A stretch of 64,000 bases of DNA from NCBI GenBank assembly GCA_963675755.2, contig CAXXMD010000003.1:128001-192000 (forward strand). The letters are read 5' to 3'. Within the stretch, counting starts at the first letter, position 1, and each line of letters starts with the position of its first letter. The notes below the pieces were generated by a model. It had not been told where the DNA came from and did not search any database. It saw only the letters and a program-made list of their open reading frames with translations. Positions 31,949 through 42,022 of the stretch are shown here, one piece after another. Made by a program: the position numbers and the translations under genes. The stretch is from a bacterium. GTDB lineage: Bacteria; Zhuqueibacterota; Zhuqueibacteria; Residuimicrobiales; Krinioviventaceae.

Positions 31949-32653
31949 TTATGCGTTGCCTGATGTTAACAGTCCCTGGTCTGCAAAGCTGTAATAACTG
32001 TCTTTGCCAATAATAATATGATCAAGAACATTCACATCAAAATATTTACATGCGGCACAAATTTTATCTGTTACATTTCGGTCTTCATGTGAGGGAGAAG
32101 GATTTCCACTAGGATGATTATGCAGCAAAATAATGTTTGCAGCCGCTGCCTGTACCGCCTCCAGAATGATTTCACGTGGCGACACCACACTCTCACACAA
32201 ACTTCCTTCAAAAAGTGTTTTTTCTTTCAGCACCTGGTTGCGCGCAGACAGATATAACACTTTGAAAACTTCACGGCCCAGATCACGCATACGCAAATGG
32301 ACCAATTGATAAACATCATCAGAGCAGCTAATGTGCTCATTCACCCGCCATTTCTGTTTAACCAGCCGTTTAGACAATTCCAACGCTGATTTGATCTGAC
32401 AGGCTTTTGCCAAACCGATCCCTTTTACCGTTTGTAACTGTTGGATCGATACAGCATCCAATCCACGAATTCCTCCAAACTCTTTCAGCAGGCTGCGGGC
32501 CATATCCACGGATGTTACTTTGCCATTTCCCGTTCGTAAGATGATCGCCAGCAGTTCCGCTTCAGACAGGGCCTCAGGTCCATTGTGCAGCATCCGTTCT
32601 CTGGGACGCTCGTCCTGCGGCCAATCCGGTATTTTCGTTCGATAGGTTTCCAT
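31949..32653 (-). CDS. radC: RadC / JAB-domain protein (UPF0758)
   Basis: ERPRER, ELLAIILRTG, KGIG.AK, PREI, HNHPSG..PS..D, LDHIIIG. Confidence 0.95.
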   Translation of the reverse strand: METYRTKIPDWPQDERPRERMLHNGPEALSEAELLAIILRTGNGKVTSVDMARSLLKEFGGIRGLDAVSIQQLQTVKGIGLAKACQIKSALELSKRLVKQKWRVNEHISCSDDVYQLVHLRMRDLGREVFKVLYLSARNQVLKEKTLFEGSLCESVVSPREIILEAVQAAAANIILLHNHPSGNPSPSHEDRNVTDKICAACKYFDVNVLDHIIIGKDSYYSFADQGLLTSGNA

Positions 32654-32708
32654 GTATCACAAGTTAAAACAATATATTGCAATATTGAATAAAAATCAAG
32701 CATCAAAT

Positions 32709-32750
32709 AAAAAAAAGGGCCGGATTCTAAAACCCGGCCCACTTTTTTTA
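32709..32750 (-). terminator. Intrinsic terminator, probably bidirectional, after the secreted-protein cluster
   Basis: GGGCCGG-N10-CCGGCCC flanked by an A-run and a T-run. Confidence 0.8.
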
Positions 32751-32782
32751 TCATGTATTCCTGTCTGGCAGGAAAGTTTATT

Positions 32783-35700
32783 TTATTTCAGGAACGACAT
32801 CTTGATCGTGTTCACATAGTCTCCTGCGCGCATCTGCATAAAGTACAGACCGGTAGAAACCTGCAAGCCCATGTCATTCTTACCATCCCATATTACTGAA
32901 TGGAATCCCGCTGCTCGTTGATCGTCAACCAGGGTGCGGATCTTTTGTCCATTAATGTTGTAAATATCAATCACAACATTGGCCGCTTTGGGAACCTGAT
33001 ATTGGATCGTTGTCTGCGGATTAAACGGATTCGGATAGTTCTGCTCTAATTTAAAGGTTTTGGGCAGTACTTCTGTTTCTTCGATTCCGGTTTCAATAAC
33101 ACTTACCCATAAAGTATCGGATGCTGTTTTCATACTGGTATCAACTTTTGATCTGGCGAATGCAACAATCGCATAATCACCTTTATCTGACCATTTATGC
33201 GCAGCAGTAGTATCGGCAGACCAGGCTGAAGTTGTTCCATCACCCCAGTTGAATTGATATTCCACTGCTTCACCAACGGTTGAAACAACCTTTGATGTAG
33301 CAAAACCATAGTACTGATCGATCATCAAATTCGTTTGACCTTCAGGTATTGCAGGTTGAGCTATGGTCATTTGGCGCTGACCCAATGTCAGATAACAGAA
33401 TTCCAATACTTTGACATAAATATTGTTTTCGTCAAAGCTGAATATCTCAAGAACTGTCCATTCACCGGACAATACAGAGTAATAGAAAACAGTCAATTCT
33501 TCCGGACTATCAACACCCGCGCTATCAAGCACTTCCTGAGTATAAGGAATACTGATGGTTACGGAATCTGCAAATGTAAGTCCTGCCGGTCCAAAATGGA
33601 TAGCCAGAGCCATACCGTGTGAACCTTCCGGCAATTCAGGATATTCATCAACAACACTGATACTGATCTCGGTTGTATCAATCAATGCGTTTTCAGGAAT
33701 TGATACGGCAATACCGGTTGTATCGTCAAATACAATACCGCCTGCAATTGTCAGCGTATCTTTAGCAGTATGAACTACAGAGGCAATACCAGTTTGAAAT
33801 GTAAAAGAGGTATCAATACTGTTTGTAACAGGTGAAGTATCTTCACATTGAATATGTACGTTAATGGTGCTGTCCGGTTGGAATGCTGTTTCAGGCTCAT
33901 AGTAGACTATACAAGATTGACCTTTATACTCTACACTTGCATAACCACCGGTTTGATCTGCACCATTTCTCAACACATCAACACCTTCAACGGTAAACAT
34001 TAAAGTTGCCAAATTAACCGAGGTACCCATATCACGAAGTTTAAACTGTACAGGAGAGTTAACCGGTACTTTTTTCGCGTTGGGTGCGGGGAATGCGTAT
34101 ACAAGTTCCGGTGCGTCAACATCACCCGAACTGAATGTTGCAGTAATGGTCATAGCAGAATCCATAACAACTGTATCAGGATTACTTTCACTAACCAGAT
34201 CACCGGTCCATTCAACAAAGACATAACCACTTTCTTCATTGGGTATTGCTGTTACCGGTACTTCTTCACCCATATCAAACCATGCACCGGGAGACGCAGG
34301 AGTTACTTCACCGCCATCTTCAGGGTCAACATGAGTTGACAGATAGAATTGGGTCATATAGTTTGCTGTAAATGTTGTATCCGAGTTGACAGTTACAACA
34401 TGTTCACGTGGTTTTGCATCGCTCCAATCGGTAAAATAGTATCGAATTCCGGTACCACCACTCTTTAATGTATCTGCACTAATTGTATGTATCGAATTTT
34501 CTTCCCAGCTGAATGTAAATGGTGTTTTGTACTTCATACCATCAATACTTACAGTCAGACTTTCGGGTACTGTTGCAACAACAACCTGTTTCAATCTTCC
34601 AAAAGAAGCAGTAACGGATTTGGGACCATCCATAACCAGGGTATCTGGTGTGGCCTTGCCGGTCAAATCACCTGACCAGCCAATGAAACGATATCCATTT
34701 ACTGTATCCGGTTCTGCAACCAATTCTACCTCTGCTTCCGCAGCATACCAGTCACCAGGTGCCGGAGGAGTAACAGTACCACCTTCTTCAGGGTCAACTG
34801 CTGTAGTTAACAGATATTCAGTGTCAAACAAGGCACTGTAAACAAGTACGCCATTGACAGTAATATTATGTGATTGTGCACCGCCATCACTCCAGGTATC
34901 AAACTGATAACGGGTACCGTCACCACTAAACTGGGTTGTAGAATCTTCAGAAATTGCAATTGTATGTACGGATCCTGCTTCCCACTCGAAATCCTGTGGC
35001 GCAATATAGGATTCTCCATCAACAACAATAGAACGTCCCGGAGGATCGGTTGTAATTCTTACATCACCCAACTTTATAAAGTTTGCAACAATTTGCTTAT
35101 TTCCATTCATGGTTACCGTAGTCAAATTGGTATCTGAATCAGCTACACCACCGGTCCAATTGGCAAAACGATAACCTTCGGCAGCAATAGCTTCAAGTGC
35201 AACCACGGAATCTACACCAAGAACATATTGCCCAACTGCGGGTACGGTTGTTCCTGCATTCTCAGGGCTTACAGATATATCCAAAGTAAACTCGTCCGGT
35301 TCAAAATGTGCCAGAACATTTTTATCTTTAGACATGACAACGGTTGTAGAAGCTTTTGTAGAATCCGTAACACCACCGGACCATTTTACAAATCGGTATC
35401 CACTCAGGGCTGCTGCAGAGATATTTACAACTGCACCACTGTCATAATCATATTCACCTGCTGCAGGTACAGTGGTACCTCCGCCTAAAGGATCGGGACC
35501 AATGTTTAATGAATAGGTAATCTTTTCAAATTTGGCAGTTACGGTTTCATCCTGTATAACACGGATTGTAGAATTCGCACTGGTAGTATCGTCAACATTG
35601 CTGCTCCAGCCGACAAATCTGTAACCGGCATTAGGAATAGCTGTCAAATCTACCAATGAGTATGTATTATAGGTATGCTCACCGGGTTCAGGATCAGTAG

Positions 35701-38179
35701 TACCACCCTCTGCCGGATCAGCAACCATGGTCAAAGTAAAATCCTGTTTTCCAAATACAGCTGTAACGGTTTTATCGTTATCGATAAATACAGTAGTGGT
35801 TGCATTGTATGGGTCCTCAACATTACTGCTCCAATATTTAAAACGGAAACCTTCAGCGGGAAATGCCTGAATAGGTACCTGATCTCCAATATCATAGACA
35901 TGGTTACCAATCGCAGGGCTGGTTGTGCCCCATGTATTTACATTTCTTGCCATGGTAAGGGTTGCTTCACGTTTTTCTTCAAAATTTGCAGTAACGGTTT
36001 CACCGGCACCTGGTACAGTATAGGTATGACTGCGTGCACCAGCATCACTCCATGAGGTAAATACATATATCAATTCACCCACTTCCTGAATGGCATCAGT
36101 AGTCAGGGTATGATTACTGCCAACTACCCATGAAAAAGTTTGTGGAGTTGAATACGTAATACCATCAACTGTAAAATCCAAACCAGCTATACTGGTATTT
36201 ACAGTGACATCAACAACCAGATTATAATTTGCTGTAACAGACTTGGGTCCATTCATCAATAGTGATGTAGGAGTAGTTGTACCACTCAGGCTGCCAGTCC
36301 AGCCGACAAAATCATAACCGCTGGCAACTGTTGTACTAATATTTGCTGTGGTACCGGCATTATACCATTGTCCTGGAGGTGCAGGAGTTGTATTACCACC
36401 CGCATCAGGATTTTCTGTCATGGTAAGATAATATTGTGTCTGCCATGCGGCGGTAACGGTCTTGGGTCCATCCATAGTAATGGAATGGCTTGTTTCAGTG
36501 CCGCTATAAGCTCCACTCCAGCTCTGAAATATGTGCTGTGTACCGGTCTCAACATCAGGTGTTGTAATGCCAAATGTAGCGCTGGCGCCAGAATTATACC
36601 AGGCTTCACCAGTGGGACTGCCATAGTCAGAAACAACATCGAGGTAATACTGAGTTGTCCAGGCGGCTGTTACCGTCTTGGGACCATCCATGGTAATTGT
36701 ATAACTGGATTCACTACCGGTATGGTCTCCACTCCATCCACTCAAGACATAACGGGTTTCAGAGTCACCATCCGGAGTTGTTACCGATACGGTTGGTGTT
36801 GTTCCACCATTATGCCAACCGGCTCCCTGGGGATTACCATGAGCTGAATTTACGGTCAATTGATATTGAGTTGTAAAGTTTGCGGTAACCGTTTGATTTG
36901 TTTCCGGTACTGTATACGTTTGGGGATTTGTTCCTGTATTGCCCCAATTGTAAAATACATACTGTGTACCTGTTCCGCCACTCTGGGTTGTACTTTCAAC
37001 TTCAAGCGTATGTGTTTCACTTGAAACCCAGGTAAAAGTATGCGGGGCGGTATATGTAGTTCCATCCACTTCAAAATCTAAACCGGATGGACTTGTATTA
37101 ATAGTAATATCAACTTCTGTTCCAAAATTTGCTGTAACGCTTTTGGCTGCATTCATGGTCAGGTTTTGAGGCAGGGTTTTACCTGTTAGTGCCCCAGAAA
37201 AACCAGCCCATTGATATCCGGAATTTGTTGTGGTATTGATTGATAATACGGTCCCGGCATCATGCCAATCACTGCTCTCACTAATTGTACCGCCAGCCAA
37301 AGGACTTACAGCAGTTGTTAAATAATATTGAGTTGTCCAGGCAGCGGTAACTGTCTTGGGACTATTCATAGTAATATTAAAACTGGTTTCACTGCCAGTA
37401 TGATCTCCGCTCCAGCTATCCAAAACATAACGTGTACCGCTGGTACCATCGGGAGAGGTAACTGAAACTGCCGCAGACGTATTGGCATCTTTCCAGCCTT
37501 GTCCTGTAGCACTACCATGAGCAGAATTGACGGTTAAATAATATTGTGTATCAAAATTTCCGGTTATTGTTGCATTGCTGGATCCCACTACATAAGTTTG
37601 CGGATTAGAGCTTGTGTTGCTCCAGGCATCAAAAACATATTGTATTCCTGTACCGCCACTTTGGGTTTCATCAGAAACTTGAATATTATGAGATGAACCC
37701 TGTTCCCAGGAAAAGGTTTGTGATGATGAATAAGTTGTACCATCAACAACAAAAGACCGGCCTGCCGGGGAGGTAGTTACAGTAATATTATGTGTTGGAC
37801 GGTTTATGGTAACTGTTCCAACATCTTGAGATGGGTCATTAGTTAAAACAACTTCTATTGTTTTTTCCCCACCATTTTCATCATCAAAATCCACTACTAG
37901 TGTTTGACCTGCCGACCAAGAAAAACTTTCATTCCCGAGTTGTACTTGAAATGATCCTTCACTGCCATCCCATAAATCTTTTCCTGAATTTTCAGTCAAT
38001 GTAGTTAACGAATCGGGTTGTTTGATATAAGCTCTCCAAGTCATATGTGACGGGATTGAATTATCAGAATACCTTAATAATCCCCAAACAGTATGAATAC
38101 CATCTGCATAAGCACTATTTACGACCAAAATAATAGTACTTAGAAAAATTAAGAAAAATATTATTCGATTCTTTTTCAC
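32783..38179 (-). CDS. 1798-aa secreted repeat protein (divergent InlB-B-like repeats, ZU5-like and PKD-like domains, sorting domain)
   Basis: Signal peptide; many ~75-aa repeats of GY.F..WSG and VDG..Y..P..F.W; FGPAGLTFADSVTISIPY; YQFNWGDG; QNYPNPFNP tail. Confidence 0.85.
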   Translation of the reverse strand: MKKNRIIFFLIFLSTIILVVNSAYADGIHTVWGLLRYSDNSIPSHMTWRAYIKQPDSLTTLTENSGKDLWDGSEGSFQVQLGNESFSWSAGQTLVVDFDDENGGEKTIEVVLTNDPSQDVGTVTINRPTHNITVTTSPAGRSFVVDGTTYSSSQTFSWEQGSSHNIQVSDETQSGGTGIQYVFDAWSNTSSNPQTYVVGSSNATITGNFDTQYYLTVNSAHGSATGQGWKDANTSAAVSVTSPDGTSGTRYVLDSWSGDHTGSETSFNITMNSPKTVTAAWTTQYYLTTAVSPLAGGTISESSDWHDAGTVLSINTTTNSGYQWAGFSGALTGKTLPQNLTMNAAKSVTANFGTEVDITINTSPSGLDFEVDGTTYTAPHTFTWVSSETHTLEVESTTQSGGTGTQYVFYNWGNTGTNPQTYTVPETNQTVTANFTTQYQLTVNSAHGNPQGAGWHNGGTTPTVSVTTPDGDSETRYVLSGWSGDHTGSESSYTITMDGPKTVTAAWTTQYYLDVVSDYGSPTGEAWYNSGASATFGITTPDVETGTQHIFQSWSGAYSGTETSHSITMDGPKTVTAAWQTQYYLTMTENPDAGGNTTPAPPGQWYNAGTTANISTTVASGYDFVGWTGSLSGTTTPTSLLMNGPKSVTANYNLVVDVTVNTSIAGLDFTVDGITYSTPQTFSWVVGSNHTLTTDAIQEVGELIYVFTSWSDAGARSHTYTVPGAGETVTANFEEKREATLTMARNVNTWGTTSPAIGNHVYDIGDQVPIQAFPAEGFRFKYWSSNVEDPYNATTTVFIDNDKTVTAVFGKQDFTLTMVADPAEGGTTDPEPGEHTYNTYSLVDLTAIPNAGYRFVGWSSNVDDTTSANSTIRVIQDETVTAKFEKITYSLNIGPDPLGGGTTVPAAGEYDYDSGAVVNISAAALSGYRFVKWSGGVTDSTKASTTVVMSKDKNVLAHFEPDEFTLDISVSPENAGTTVPAVGQYVLGVDSVVALEAIAAEGYRFANWTGGVADSDTNLTTVTMNGNKQIVANFIKLGDVRITTDPPGRSIVVDGESYIAPQDFEWEAGSVHTIAISEDSTTQFSGDGTRYQFDTWSDGGAQSHNITVNGVLVYSALFDTEYLLTTAVDPEEGGTVTPPAPGDWYAAEAEVELVAEPDTVNGYRFIGWSGDLTGKATPDTLVMDGPKSVTASFGRLKQVVVATVPESLTVSIDGMKYKTPFTFSWEENSIHTISADTLKSGGTGIRYYFTDWSDAKPREHVVTVNSDTTFTANYMTQFYLSTHVDPEDGGEVTPASPGAWFDMGEEVPVTAIPNEESGYVFVEWTGDLVSESNPDTVVMDSAMTITATFSSGDVDAPELVYAFPAPNAKKVPVNSPVQFKLRDMGTSVNLATLMFTVEGVDVLRNGADQTGGYASVEYKGQSCIVYYEPETAFQPDSTINVHIQCEDTSPVTNSIDTSFTFQTGIASVVHTAKDTLTIAGGIVFDDTTGIAVSIPENALIDTTEISISVVDEYPELPEGSHGMALAIHFGPAGLTFADSVTISIPYTQEVLDSAGVDSPEELTVFYYSVLSGEWTVLEIFSFDENNIYVKVLEFCYLTLGQRQMTIAQPAIPEGQTNLMIDQYYGFATSKVVSTVGEAVEYQFNWGDGTTSAWSADTTAAHKWSDKGDYAIVAFARSKVDTSMKTASDTLWVSVIETGIEETEVLPKTFKLEQNYPNPFNPQTTIQYQVPKAANVVIDIYNINGQKIRTLVDDQRAAGFHSVIWDGKNDMGLQVSTGLYFMQMRAGDYVNTIKMSFLK

Positions 38180-38212
38180 ACTATACCTCTACCATTTTAT
38201 ATGAATTTTTTA

Positions 38213-39196
38213 TTACCTGATCATAATCGCTTTTGAGCGTCTTGTCAGCGTCTCACCTTTTAATTCCAGAAAATACGTTCCACTGCCCAATTTATCACCA
38301 GCATCGTTCTTGCCGTCCCAAACTGTCTTGTATTCACCCACATTTTTATATTCCGCGATTAATGTTCTTACGCGTTTTCCAAGAGTATTATAAACCGTTA
38401 ACTTTACATATTGTGAACGATCAAGTCCGAAACTGATCACAGTTTCAGGATTAAAAGGATTTGGATAATTCTGCATCAACCGGATATCCTGTGGTGCTGA
38501 CAACTGATCTGACACTATTCCTACCGGATACTCCAGCGTTACAACATCGGTACTGTCAGAAATCTGTTCGGTCAGAATAAGTTCTACAAAACCCGTTGCT
38601 GACTGAGTATCATCGATGTCAATATGCAAGGTATCACCCGCAGTCCAGCTTGAAAAATCCGTACATTCAAGCACAAACTCTCCGGTTGTATTGTCATAAT
38701 AGGATGAATCTGTAAAAGCCAAAGTATCATCAGGCCGGGTTGTTATAAAAGCAGTCCAATTAATTGCAGCCGGAATAGCCTCATTCACATATTGAACAAA
38801 ACCATATACCGGATGTTCTGCTTCCTGGACCTGGTTCAATACAACAATTCCCGCGTTATCATAAGCGTCATAGCTCAATACTACATCAAGGGTGGCAGCA
38901 AAATCCTGAGTATCTGTAAATTCCACATGTAAAGTCTCATCCGCGGCCCAGCTTGATAAAGCCGAACATTGGATCAAGAAATTGCCGGTTGTTTGATCAT
39001 ACATGGATGTTGTGGGCTGCTCAAAAACCAACACATCTTCAGGACGTGTGGTGATATATGCCGTCCAGTATATATCTTGCGGAAAGCTTTCATCCTCGTA
39101 TTGCAGGGTACCTATTACACTATGTGGCGCAGCGGCAAAAAGAGATCCACTGCCCAGTGTAATTAGCAATACAGATAATATGTTAAATATTTTCAT
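38213..39196 (-). CDS. Secreted protein with two tandem 'H.V.G' modules plus sorting domain
   Basis: Signal peptide; duplicated I.WTA[YF]ITTRP.D.L ... W.A...LH; QNYPNPFNP tail. Confidence 0.8.
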   Translation of the reverse strand: MKIFNILSVLLITLGSGSLFAAAPHSVIGTLQYEDESFPQDIYWTAYITTRPEDVLVFEQPTTSMYDQTTGNFLIQCSALSSWAADETLHVEFTDTQDFAATLDVVLSYDAYDNAGIVVLNQVQEAEHPVYGFVQYVNEAIPAAINWTAFITTRPDDTLAFTDSSYYDNTTGEFVLECTDFSSWTAGDTLHIDIDDTQSATGFVELILTEQISDSTDVVTLEYPVGIVSDQLSAPQDIRLMQNYPNPFNPETVISFGLDRSQYVKLTVYNTLGKRVRTLIAEYKNVGEYKTVWDGKNDAGDKLGSGTYFLELKGETLTRRSKAIMIR

Positions 39197-39209
39197 AGTG
39201 TTCCTGTCG

Positions 39210-41858
39210 TTATCGAATTAAAATTGCCTTCATCTGCTTTTTAAAATTACTGCTTTCCATAACATAAAAATACATGCCACTGGGTACATTCAATCCGGAA
39301 TCATTTTTTCCGTTCCAGACAACCTGGTAAGAACCGGCAGATTTCTGTCCGTCAACCAAAGTTCTGATTTGTTGTCCCATGGTATTGTAAACATTTAATT
39401 TCACATAGTCATCCTGAGGCAAAGCATAACGGATCAATGTTTCAGGATTAAATGGGTTCGGGTAATTCTGTGTCAACGTATAACTGGAAGGCAATTCACT
39501 CACAGTGTTTGTTAAATTTAAAACTTTATCAGCAGCCTGATCAGTTAATACAATATTTGACTCAAAAATAGTATTTCCTTTACTATCCAGACAGGCAATA
39601 TTCAGGTTTTTACCAATTGTCCATCCATTTGGTAAAGCGGCAATTTGTAAGGCAAATACACCGTCTTTAAGCTGACTGCCCGGTGATGTGGTTGTCACAA
39701 AAGCACTTGCATCATCGTCCATCCATGCTTTAACCAATGCAATTTTTTGATCTGATTGTGGTATAGAACCATAAACCATATGGGGAACAGTCAAAGCAGA
39801 AGCAGCATTGCCGGTTCCCTTTGCAAGGGCAGTTCTGGCGCTTACAGTGCTGCCAGAAGGCCACGAAACATTTGATGTCACATTGACATAATAGGGATAG
39901 CCAATGGTTGTGGTAAAATCAGTGCTCGATAATCCCGGAATATACTGATAATACCCCTGGATAGATGCATCCCAACGGGCCACACTGTTACAGCTGGTAA
40001 TATCGGCTTGTAATTGACTTGCAAGGGTTATATCAGACCTGTCTAGTGGCAGCATAATTTCATTAAAATCCGTTGTTGCAGTAGTCACCAATGAATAAGT
40101 AGGGTCTGTCAAGGTTCCGGTTATAGTAAAAACAGAATTGTCTACAACATTTACATAATAGGGATACCCTGCATATACATCAAAATTGGTACTTGAAAGC
40201 CCGGGGATGTATTGATAATAACCCTGAATTGTGGGTTCCCAGTAGGCTACAGAATTACAATTGGGAATGGCACTTGCAAGATCACTCGCGTCACTGATAT
40301 TGGCAACATTTAAAGGTAAAGCAATTTCATTAAAATCCGTTGTGGGTGTGGTGATCAAATAAAAATCAAATTCACCATAGATTTCAGAAGGTTCACTTTC
40401 AGAACCGTTCAAAGCGGTAACCGCGTAATAATAATTTACAGCAGCATTACCGGCAACATCACCGGTATCTGTCCATTGTATACCCGCTGTTCCACCATCC
40501 TCATCGGTTATTGCGGAAGCGACCCGGTTGGTTCCATTTTGTCTGTCTGGTACAAAATCAGGAGATGTACCACGATACACGTTATACGAAGAAGCACCCG
40601 AAACTGCATTAAACGTGAGCATTAAATTCGTTGTGTCTACCTTTACAGCCGATGTAATGGTTGTGGGATCTAAAATTTCCTGTCCATTATTTTTAACACC
40701 CGTAACAGTAATAGGTCCATACTTTTCGTTATACCAGCCGGACGTATTAAAACTGGAATGCGCAACCCATACGGTCATTCCTGCCTGCGCCAATTCGGAA
40801 ACACCATCATCCCAGGGTGCAGCAAGTGAATCGCTCCATACGCCATTTTCCAACACTTTAACCTGTTCGTTGGCCCTTCTGGAATTGTAATACATCAGCG
40901 TACCGTCAGAAAATGAAGTAACACGCATATAAGGACCGCTGGTATTGGCGAACATGATTGTATCGCCACCTACATAATGGTTCCAGGTACCATTACCCGG
41001 TTCCTCAGCACTGGAACAATACATTGCGGTTTCGTAAAATGTTCCATCATATTCCGCCAGGGTTTTATCGCACCAGGATACATATATAGTTCCATTTAGA
41101 ATTGTCATATAAGGGTTGGTACCCAAATGGCCTACTGCACCGTCAATGCCGGTAACAGTGGTCCAATCACTATCAGAGGTCGACATATATTTAAAAATCG
41201 CAGAACGCGGATCACCCTTCATTCGGGCCAGTACATAAATGTAGCCGCTATCACTGGTAAACAGGTAGGGAAACTCTCCGGAACCCAACGGTTGCGGTGC
41301 CCCCCATGTCGAACCGGTACGCACTACATAAAATAGTAAATCATTAACGCCTTCTTCATAAATAACATAGATCTTGTTATTAAACAAGACAATATCTAAA
41401 TTGATTTTTGATGGAGTTGTGTTTACAACCTGCACTGAACCGCTCCAGCTCCCGTTATACCAGGTCTTGTACCATATCATACCATTTTGGGTACAATAAA
41501 CAATATGCATTTTTCCGGCTTCATCAAATGTCATTCCTACATTACGTAAAGGGTACGAATGCTCATCTCCACCAAAAACAATTCTGGTATCGTCATCTAT
41601 GATTTCTGCACTTGACCATGAGCCATCGCTTTTACGGTAAACATGTTTCATATCCCCATCTTTAACCCAGATAACATGCGGGCGATTGTTGGTTGGGTCT
41701 ACAGCAACATTGGCACTATGGCCGCCAATTTGTTCCAGGGTTACCATTGGAATTATTTCAAGATCGTCTATGGATGCGCTAAAAGCATTAACAACGAAAA
41801 ACAGACTGAAAACTAAAAACAGTCCATTAAAATTAAAAGGAACACGTATCCTGGTCAT
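39210..41858 (-). CDS. Secreted modular protein: propeller-like N-terminus, FN3-like domain, two 89-aa repeats, H.V.G module, sorting domain
   Basis: ATG 41858 after AGGAGAGG; W-containing beta repeats; tail shared with the next two ORFs. Confidence 0.8.
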   Translation of the reverse strand: MTRIRVPFNFNGLFLVFSLFFVVNAFSASIDDLEIIPMVTLEQIGGHSANVAVDPTNNRPHVIWVKDGDMKHVYRKSDGSWSSAEIIDDDTRIVFGGDEHSYPLRNVGMTFDEAGKMHIVYCTQNGMIWYKTWYNGSWSGSVQVVNTTPSKINLDIVLFNNKIYVIYEEGVNDLLFYVVRTGSTWGAPQPLGSGEFPYLFTSDSGYIYVLARMKGDPRSAIFKYMSTSDSDWTTVTGIDGAVGHLGTNPYMTILNGTIYVSWCDKTLAEYDGTFYETAMYCSSAEEPGNGTWNHYVGGDTIMFANTSGPYMRVTSFSDGTLMYYNSRRANEQVKVLENGVWSDSLAAPWDDGVSELAQAGMTVWVAHSSFNTSGWYNEKYGPITVTGVKNNGQEILDPTTITSAVKVDTTNLMLTFNAVSGASSYNVYRGTSPDFVPDRQNGTNRVASAITDEDGGTAGIQWTDTGDVAGNAAVNYYYAVTALNGSESEPSEIYGEFDFYLITTPTTDFNEIALPLNVANISDASDLASAIPNCNSVAYWEPTIQGYYQYIPGLSSTNFDVYAGYPYYVNVVDNSVFTITGTLTDPTYSLVTTATTDFNEIMLPLDRSDITLASQLQADITSCNSVARWDASIQGYYQYIPGLSSTDFTTTIGYPYYVNVTSNVSWPSGSTVSARTALAKGTGNAASALTVPHMVYGSIPQSDQKIALVKAWMDDDASAFVTTTSPGSQLKDGVFALQIAALPNGWTIGKNLNIACLDSKGNTIFESNIVLTDQAADKVLNLTNTVSELPSSYTLTQNYPNPFNPETLIRYALPQDDYVKLNVYNTMGQQIRTLVDGQKSAGSYQVVWNGKNDSGLNVPSGMYFYVMESSNFKKQMKAILIR

Positions 41859-42022
41859 TTCCTCTCCTGATTCAACTAAATATTTAATCTTTGCACCATG
41901 CAAATTGTATACCTATACAGGAACATTCAAGATCCTGTAACTAACTGTAAATAAAGAACACATTTTTATCTACTTTTGGGCGCCTCCGTTATTAACAAAA
42001 CCTGTATTACAATTTTGTAATA

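Noticed and set aside
41916-42022. Hairpins TACAGGA..TCCTGTA and TATTACAA..TTGTAATA between secreted-protein genes
   Set aside because: Could be terminators or operators, but too short and AT-rich to assign
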